Shown piece after piece: positions 28,701-37,700 of a DNA stretch of 64,000 nt (its first letter is position 1; each line of letters begins with the position of its first letter). The stretch is from Eledone cirrhosa (lineage: Eukaryota). A model generated the notes under the pieces. The model was given only the letters and a program-made list of their open reading frames with translations, was not told where the DNA came from and did not search any database. Location: positions 248,930,001 to 248,994,000 of the forward strand of contig OZ024743.1 of the NCBI GenBank assembly GCA_964016885.1. The letters run 5' to 3'. The translations under genes and the position numbers were made by a program.

Positions 28701-31700
28701 TAGAGAATAAATACTCAATATGATCATCATTTAATCTTTGTTTTTTTTTTTTCCTGTCAGCAAGGTTTGGCTAGGTTGTCGCTGAACAAGTTAGTACTTA
28801 ATCATCGGAGCTACTGATCTCTCAGATGGGCCACGGGCTGCATCTTACTCACATACATTCCCACACTTAGAGATTGCAGTGGGTGCATTTTACTGTGGCA
28901 CCAGTTTTGAGAGGTTGTCATTTATTTGTCACAACTATCAAGTCCTCTCGACCCTTTGTTTGGAAAGTTTTCTACAGCCTTTCCTATCCTTAGTCACTAG
29001 TTGCTTTACAGTGTGTACTGGGTATGTTTTGTGTCAACAACATGTAAGTTGTTGTACCCTTTACACAACTAAAGAGCCTTCTTAACCTTTTTTCTGTATA
29101 GTTTCTACAGCTGGATGCCCATCAGCGACCTTAGATGGTGTACTGGGTGTGCCAGAACTAGGGAGGTTGTCAGTCAGTTACTTGACGAAAGAGTGTACTC
29201 ATCCTACCTATCCTCCAGTCTTCCCAGGTTCTCTGCAGTCAAGGCCCATGTCTCATAGCATTACAGCATTGCTGCTCACGGGCATTATTTTCAGTAGAAT
29301 TACTAGCTCCCTAAATCTCCTATCCAATTCTTACTCCAGACCACTACCTGCATTGCCGACTAGATCACCCAGGCAACAAAATCTGTCAACAACCACTAAG
29401 GAAGCATCTCATCTCCTGTGCATCCATAGATTACACTGTGTGCTCCTCATAGAACTTCTGCCAACCCTTCTTAGACATATCGAATAAGGCCACTTCCCTG
29501 GTAGCATTAGATTCCTGTCTTTCTTCACGCCTACGGAGACCTTAGTTTTCGCCAAGCTTATTTTCAAGTCCCTCAATTCCAGATTCCTCCTCCCTGTGTG
29601 GAATTTTGTCTCCAACTTTTTTATCGATTCAGCTATAACGACCAGATCATCAGCACATAAGAACTCCCATGGAGTGCTAGTCCCAAACTCATCTATCATG
29701 GCCTGAAAATGATAAACAGAAGTGAGCTATGGACTTCAAGTTCATCATTGCACCCACTGCCAACATGAGCCACTCACCCACACCTAACTCCCCTAGCAAC
29801 CATCAGATTACAGAACAGGGAACCTCATCAAAGGTCATCTCCAGATCCACAAATGCCAGTCACAAAAGTTTACGCGTCTGTGTGTGTGTGATGTACACAC
29901 ACACACTCACACACGCATGTATATATGTATTGCCATTATTCTATATCTGCCTTCTATGCTGGGAAGTGTTGGGCAGGCTGTCACAGTCCAAGACCAGACA
30001 TTTTGGGGTGTGTGCATATGTTTTTATCTAAATATTGGAAATTTTGAGCTTAGCTCAGACATCCCTTGTACTACCTTTGTGGAAACCCCTGGCACTACAA
30101 CCTTTATGGTCCTAGGATTGGAACCACTGTTATAGATATCGGTTTTATCTATTGTAGACATTTTAAGAAAGCTTGTTTGCTTTTTGTCATTTATTTACTT
30201 TATTTCAATGTTATTTGCGAATGCAAGCATGTATTTAAAGTAGATATATTACAGCACTAACAGAATTGCATTTTTACTTCAGTCTTTAAAAGAGCTGCTA
30301 TCTCAAGGATATGTAAGTAACATTGTGCAACTGTGGTTTAATGTTTTCATTACTAGGCAAATGCATGATACTTTCATTGCCTCTCCTTTTCCATATAAAT
30401 TGTTGTTTTTTTTTTTTGTTTTTTTTTTTGTTGTAATTATTGTAAACATCATTCACCCAAACTCCTAGTAGTTAAAGTACTTGACCAAATATTCTAGTTT
30501 TAATAACAATTAAAAAAACCCTCAACAGAAATAATGAATATATACATTTTAGTTTTTACTATCATCATCATCATCATCATTTAACATCTATTTACCTTGC
30601 TAGTAAGGGTTGAATGGGTCATCACAGACCAAGTCAGTACTTAATCAGAGCTACTGACTCCTCAAATGTGCCAAGATCCTGCATCTCACTGACTCTCTGG
30701 AGTGCCTGGTCATGGCACCAGCGCTAGGGAGATTGTCATGTCTTTGAGACAATTGAAGAGTCTTATTGATCCTTTGTTTGGCAAGCTTTCTATGGCTAGA
30801 TTACCTTCTTATCACCAACCACTTTAAAGAGTGTATTGGGTGCAGTTTTTGTGGTATCAACAGTAGAGAGGTTTTTGTGCCCTTGATACAACTGAAGAGA
30901 TGTTTATCTTGAAAATTGCAAATGTTAAACTATTTTTCATTATGGGAGATTTTCAGTTTAACATTAAGAATTTTAGAAAAATTATTCATTAAACAGATTG
31001 GCAGAATTTAATTCTATTATCATATTCAATCATCATCATCATCATCATTTTACATTTGCTTTCAATGCTGGCATGGGTTGGATGTGTTATCACAGTCCGA
31101 GATTAGATGGGTCGGAGGATCACATCTTACTTATACATTCCATTTTTGACGTGGTTTCTACAGTTGGATGCCAACCTCCCTCTAACTATTTTACAGTGTG
31201 TAATGAGTGCATTGTATTGTGGCACCAGCATCATCACTTTACAGTGTGTATTAGGTACCTTTTATCATGACTCCAGATTTACCACTTTACAAAGTGTATT
31301 CAGTACTATTTATCATGGCACCATCATTACCACTTTACGGCATGTATTGGATAGATTTTATTGTGAAAAGTGTATTGGGTCCATTTTATCATAGTGCCAA
31401 TACCAGTGAGTCTGCCTTGAATCTATTGAAACTAAGGGGGTTAGAGGTACTCACTATTGGACATTGTCTCTGTTCATTCAAGCCAATCTGTTTTATAATT
31501 AAAATAGCCCATCTTACAAATTTGCTCTAATAGATTTTAGTCATTTTGTACTTCATTGTCTCAAAGTAATCTTTAAAAAAAAATATTTTTATATAATCTT
31601 TTGTCAGTTGTTGAAATAGGGTTTTGTCTTTGGTCAAGGCACTTTGTTACTGCTCTCCAGTAAAAGTGCTTCTCTTAACTGCTTTCAATACCTAACATTT

Positions 31701-34700
31701 TACCTATAAACTGACATTGATGAAAATGGTTACGATATCCCATTCTGTAAAACACCAAGATGAATGCACTATATAAAACTGCCAGCATGAGTGACTACAC
31801 ATTCTTACATGTTGCACTTGTATTTTTCACCATGTTCTCTTGCATATGATTTCCCCCTTCAATATTTATTTACCTCCAAGAAGAAATACTAACTATGTGT
31901 TGGGATTCGGGAACAAACAAGGAGTTTCTCTCAACAAATTAACTGCTCTAGATTCTATGTATTTAATATGTTAAACATTTCTACTCCAAATTGACTGATT
32001 TCATATATATTTCAGAGAAAGTGCAAAAATTCTTACCTATTCAGTTTTTAGAATAGGCACTGTATCCCTGCATGTTGTAAGAGGTGACTAAAAGGGTTGG
32101 CATCAGGAAAGGGATCCGGCTGTAAAACATTGTCTCAAAACATCCTGTTCAAGCCATGCCAGCATGGAAAAGTGGGCATAAAATAAGGATGAGGTAGTTC
32201 ATCTGTGCTACCTATCAGTGATTTACTTGTTTTTATTTTATTTTTTATTCACACTAATGTCAATACTTATCACTAGCTAGTATATCTCAGCTAACCAAAC
32301 TGAATATGACAAGTTGAGCAGATTGTCAACCTTATTTCACTTAGATTTACATTATACTTCAATCAACAAGTGCCACAGTTTTACATTTCCTCAGGTTAAG
32401 ATTGAACACACAAACTTTAGTGCTATTACCCTAGGGTTCACCACTCTTACCTATGATGCCACTCTGTACTGCTGTTAGCTTAAAAACCTTTGTCTTTGGT
32501 TTTGTGCATTGTTGTTAAATACATGTTAATTTATTTTGTCCATTGTATACCAATGTCAGTTTAATACATTGTTCATCTTACCAATAATGTATTGTGTACT
32601 GCTGTGATCCAGTGTAATGTGTATATTTCATTGATGATAACTATACTTTATGTAAACTGTCATTTTTCTGTAAGTTGATATCTAACCATCCACAATTATA
32701 CACCTATTTTAAATTGTTGTATTAACTTCAAATATTCAGTTGAGGTTTAGACACTATATTTGTAATTCTGTTGGATTCATTTGAATATATTATGATGATA
32801 GTATTAGGGGTGGGTAGTGGACAAGTTAATATTATGTTTTAAAAGAAAAATAGAACACTAGAGGTTTAAACCTTCTAATGAAATACACTCTAATTAATGA
32901 AGAATTTTGAAAAATTTACTAAAATGATTTCATTACCATCATAATGATTTAACATATAGTTCTTAAATAAAGTGTTGTTAGAAGATTTCTTCTTCGCCCA
33001 CTTATTCCTGAGAGGGTCGTGGGGGCAAACACTCCTTCCAGTGGGTCCTGTCAGAAGCAACCATTTCCAACTGGTCTGGCTGGATCCCCAAGCGAGACTA
33101 GTTGAGCTTATGGATGTTATCCAACCATCTTGCTCGAGGTCTACTCCTGCTGGTTGGTTTTGCTTGTAAAATCTGTCCAGTGATTATTTGTCGAGACATT
33201 CTAACCACATGCCCATAATATTGGAGCTGTGGAAACTCCGCTATTCAGGTGTGGTAAGAAACATTTTGGAAGATTTAATTTTTTTAAATTGGAGCTTTTG
33301 TAAATGAGTGGATTTGTTTCATAGAACCAGAGCCAGTTTGGGCTGGATTGGTAACAAAAGGGTTAAAAAATCATTGATCTTTATGTAATCATATTTCTAA
33401 TAAAATACACTCCGTGTGTTTCAATTAATTTTGAAAATAATTAAGAATCTATTGGGATTTACTAAAATAACTAGCTTACTTATTAAGTTTGTGTTTAAAA
33501 CATAACTTAATAAAAGGTTCTTATATACAATTTTAATGGAATGGTTTAATTTAAAAACAGTTAAAAACAAACCATTTTGTATCATAGAATCAAGTGTTCT
33601 TGTGCAATTTGGTATTAAACGGTTTAATAATTCCAGATCACAGCTTTCCATAGTTTTGTTTTTGAGAAAACTGTGTACACTTACTACTAAACTAATAATT
33701 ATTAAGATTACCTGTTGAAAATGTCAATTTGAATTGACTAAGCGGCCAACAAATACACAATATGCAAATCAGACAGCCATATCAGTCAAACCCTAGTTTG
33801 CGTTTGATATAAATAGCATTTTGACTATAGCTCTTTTTGTGGTTAGAAGAATAGGGGCACTTGTCTTTTAATGAACAATTAACTGTGAAACATAATAGGG
33901 CAATCTCTTATGTTCTTATGTATATGAGAATAACAATGTTTTTCTTATTTGTTTAAGTTTTCAGAGTACTTTATAAACTGTAGACCTGCATTAAATTTAT
34001 CATCAATTTTCTAATATATGCTGTGTTGTGTATAAATATTTATTTAATCAACTTTTCTATCAAACTCCCCTATAAAACTTGACTTGAATAATAAGAATTA
34101 AAATATCTTTAATTTATGTTTCTAGCATTTTAAAATTTATGAAATAATGCTTCAAACAAATGTTCACATGAAATATTATGCCCCTATTCAGGGATCATTT
34201 TTATATTTGGCATAACCCATCTAACTTAACTTTTATCAACCTGTAATGATTTAGCAGAATTTAAAAAAAATAAACACAAGTCTGTTAATTCAAATGTTTA
34301 TAGTATCTATAGTATTGGCCAAATTAAAAATTGAAGTCTTTAATACTGCAAATTTTCATATGATGCAGTCATAGTGCTGTTTTGTACTTTTCACAAAAGT
34401 CTTGTTAATGTGGTTTCATGCAGTACAGGATTTTCATAGTTACTAATGTGTGCCACAGAAAGCATTTGATTACATTTTAAAAAGAAAATAGAAAGTAATC
34501 ACTTGATTTATGAAATGTATTTTAAAACCTCACACTCCATAAAAACATGGAAAAGTAGATACAGACAGTAAATTGAATAAATTCATTTAGAATTAAAATA
34601 ATTCAATTTCCATTTTCAAATGCTTGCATCAGTTGGACAATCCTCCTCCAACCCAGTATTTTACCACTTGTGGTCTGTTGCCATGTCTTTCTCTTCCACA

Positions 34701-37700
34701 AGTTCCTTCCATTTTGATTATTTGGCACTTTTTTGCCCAACTGTCATCTCAGATATGCATCACATATCCATATAAGAGAGAGATATTAAAAGATAAAAAA
34801 GGAGAATACATCAGGTAGAGGAATCATCATTGTCAACAGTTTATCATCCACTTACCACGAGTTCTCCTTCTCTTCTTTGCCCACTTATTCCTGAGGGGTT
34901 GTGGCAGCAGGTCCTGTCAGAAGCAACCCTTCAACTGATCTGGCTGGATCCCCAAGCGTGACCAGTCAAGTCCATGGATGTTATCCAACCATCTTGCTCG
35001 GGGTCTACCCCTGGATCTCCTACCTGTTGGTTTTGCCCATAAAATCTGTCCAGCAATTCTTTCCTGAGACATTCTAACCACTTGCCCATAGTATCACATG
35101 AGTTGATACAGTAATATTACTTGTAAAACAAATGTAAGAAATGTCTTTAGCTAAGAATAAAAAAGCATGGAGAAAGCCATGATATTACCTCATCACCATT
35201 TTATGTCTGCTTTCCACAGGTTGGGATGACATTATTTTGTTCATATGGTCCATACTTGGCATGGTTTCTGGACACTCTTCTTAACAGTAACCACCTTGTG
35301 TGTGTGTTTTGTTGCACCACTACCACTTTACAGAGCGAAGTGGGTGGCACCAGCTCTAGAGAGGTTGTCATATGCTCGTCTACACTGAAGAGTCCTCTCA
35401 GTCCCCATATTGTCTCTGATCAATCACAAAATGCCGAAGCTTCTGATCTCTCATGGATATTACAACTGTCAGTTCTCCCCTCTCCCCTGAAGTCAGTAGA
35501 GCTGGTCTCTTATCAATGGATAGTTTTCATGAAAGTTCTGCTGTCATCATAGCCATTTAATGTCTATTTTCCATGCTTGCATGAGTTAGACAGGTTGTCA
35601 TATTTGAAATTAGATAGGTCATGTGACCATGTCTTGCTCATACAAACTATTTTTAGCATTGTTTCTATGGCTAGATGCTCTTGAAAAGGCTGTACTTTGT
35701 GTACTGGGAGCATTTTATTGTGGTACCAATACTACCACCTTACAGGGTGTTCTGTGTGCTTTTTGTCATGGCAACAGCACTACCACCTTACAGGTCTGTG
35801 TGCTTTTTTTTTTTTTTGCACCAGCACTACCACCTTAGAGGGGTGGACTGGACTTTTTGTCATGGCACCAGCACTACCATCTTACAGTGTTCTATGTGCT
35901 TTTTGTCATGGTACCACCACTACCACTTTACAGGGTGTTGTGTGCTTTTTGTCATGGCACTAGCACTACTTCATTGACTTTATTTATTGAACAGGCAAGA
36001 AGGATAAATAAATGTATAATGTATACGGAAATTTCTTTATTCCATATCTAATTTTATGTATCTTGGTATTTAAACATTTATTCAACTATTGTTCTTGAGT
36101 TTGAATAAAGTGTTACATATCTAAGAGAAACTAGGATTTGTAGGTATAATAGTCAGGTGTTATAATGTCATTAATCAAGTCATTTTAACTCTTATAGCTA
36201 AGGTGAGAAATGTATAGATATGCAACCATGTAAACTTGCATTGGGTTCAGTAAAAACCTGTTTTTTATGTACATTAAAAAGATATTACTGGTACATTACA
36301 GCACTTTATTTTTAAATCATTGTCCATTGAGATAGATGGAGTTCTTATTTGCATAAAATTACCATATATACTAGTGTATAAGTCATACTTCCATTTTTTC
36401 ATTTGTGATGTACCATATATTTTAAAATGGGGGTTTGTAAGGCCAGTAGATGAGTTTCATCCTGGTTTTTAAGGTATAATTTCATGGAAAAAGCTGTGAC
36501 TTAGATACAAGTATATATGGTATTTACTTGAAGAAACATATTGTATTTTTATATCTTTGTTTTCTGTATTGTAGAAGTTAACCAAGAAACAGAGTGACAT
36601 CGATATTAACAAACGCAATTGTCAAGGTCTCACAGCTCTTCATTTATCAGTCCAAGGGAACAGTTTAGAATTAGCCAAAACTATGTTAGAAGCAGGAGCA
36701 CACATCAACTGCTTATCTGAGGATGGTTTCACACCTCTTCACGTAGCTTGTCTGAATGAAGATAGTGAGGTAAAGAATTTGTTTCTATAACACCACCCTT
36801 ATCATCTTTTTTAGTCTTTTTTTTTGTCTTCGATAATTACCATCATCATCATCATCATTTAATGTCCATTTTTCTACAGTAGCATGGGTTAGATGAGTTG
36901 TTCCGTTGTAGGACAAGCCAGATCAAATGACTGTCTTGCTCATACAGAACTATTTCTGGCTTGGTTTCAACGGTTGGATGCCCTTTCTAATGCCAGCCAC
37001 ATTTACAGTGTGGACTGGGTGCTTTTTATTGTGGCACCCTTTTTCTACTTCCTTCCACATTCATTTCCATCACTCCTTTCATCAAGTTACATTCCTTAAC
37101 ACTTGAATTAACCATCTCATTCTATTTCTTTTCACAACATTCATCACTGGCTCTATTCCTCTAACTCGATCACTTTTATCCTTCCTCAACATATGACCCA
37201 ACCATCTCATTCTATTTCTCTTCACAATATTCATCACTGGTTTTATTCCCATCATCCTTTGCAATTTCTTGATTGTATTCAGTTTAGAATAGGTACACCA
37301 TATCTCTGCACATCATAAAAGGTTACTAAAAGAGTTGGCACTGGGAAAGGTGTCAGGTTGCTGTAAAAACATGCCTCAAAAAGGACATGATGAGCATAAT
37401 AATATATTCTTGTAATACATCTGCTTTTATTATTTTTATTTATTATCATTATTATTTCAGATGGTTGAGTTACTGTTATCATACGGAGCCAAGGTCAACT
37501 TAGCTGACCATTGTGGAAATAGTCCTTTACATTATTGTTGCCAAAGAGCAAATATTCCTTTAGCTACTCTCTTGCTTGAGGTAAACATTTCCTTTTGATT
37601 TACAACTTATTCACTGAAAATTTCTTTATTTCAAAAGTGTGTGTATGTGTGTTTTATTTGCCTACTGTTTATTACAGCTAAATCCATGCTGTAACACCAC

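Noticed and set aside
32016-32051. Possible extra ANKRD27 exon after atttcag
   Set aside because: It reaches a stop after 11 codons, has no convincing donor, and runs into a repeat.
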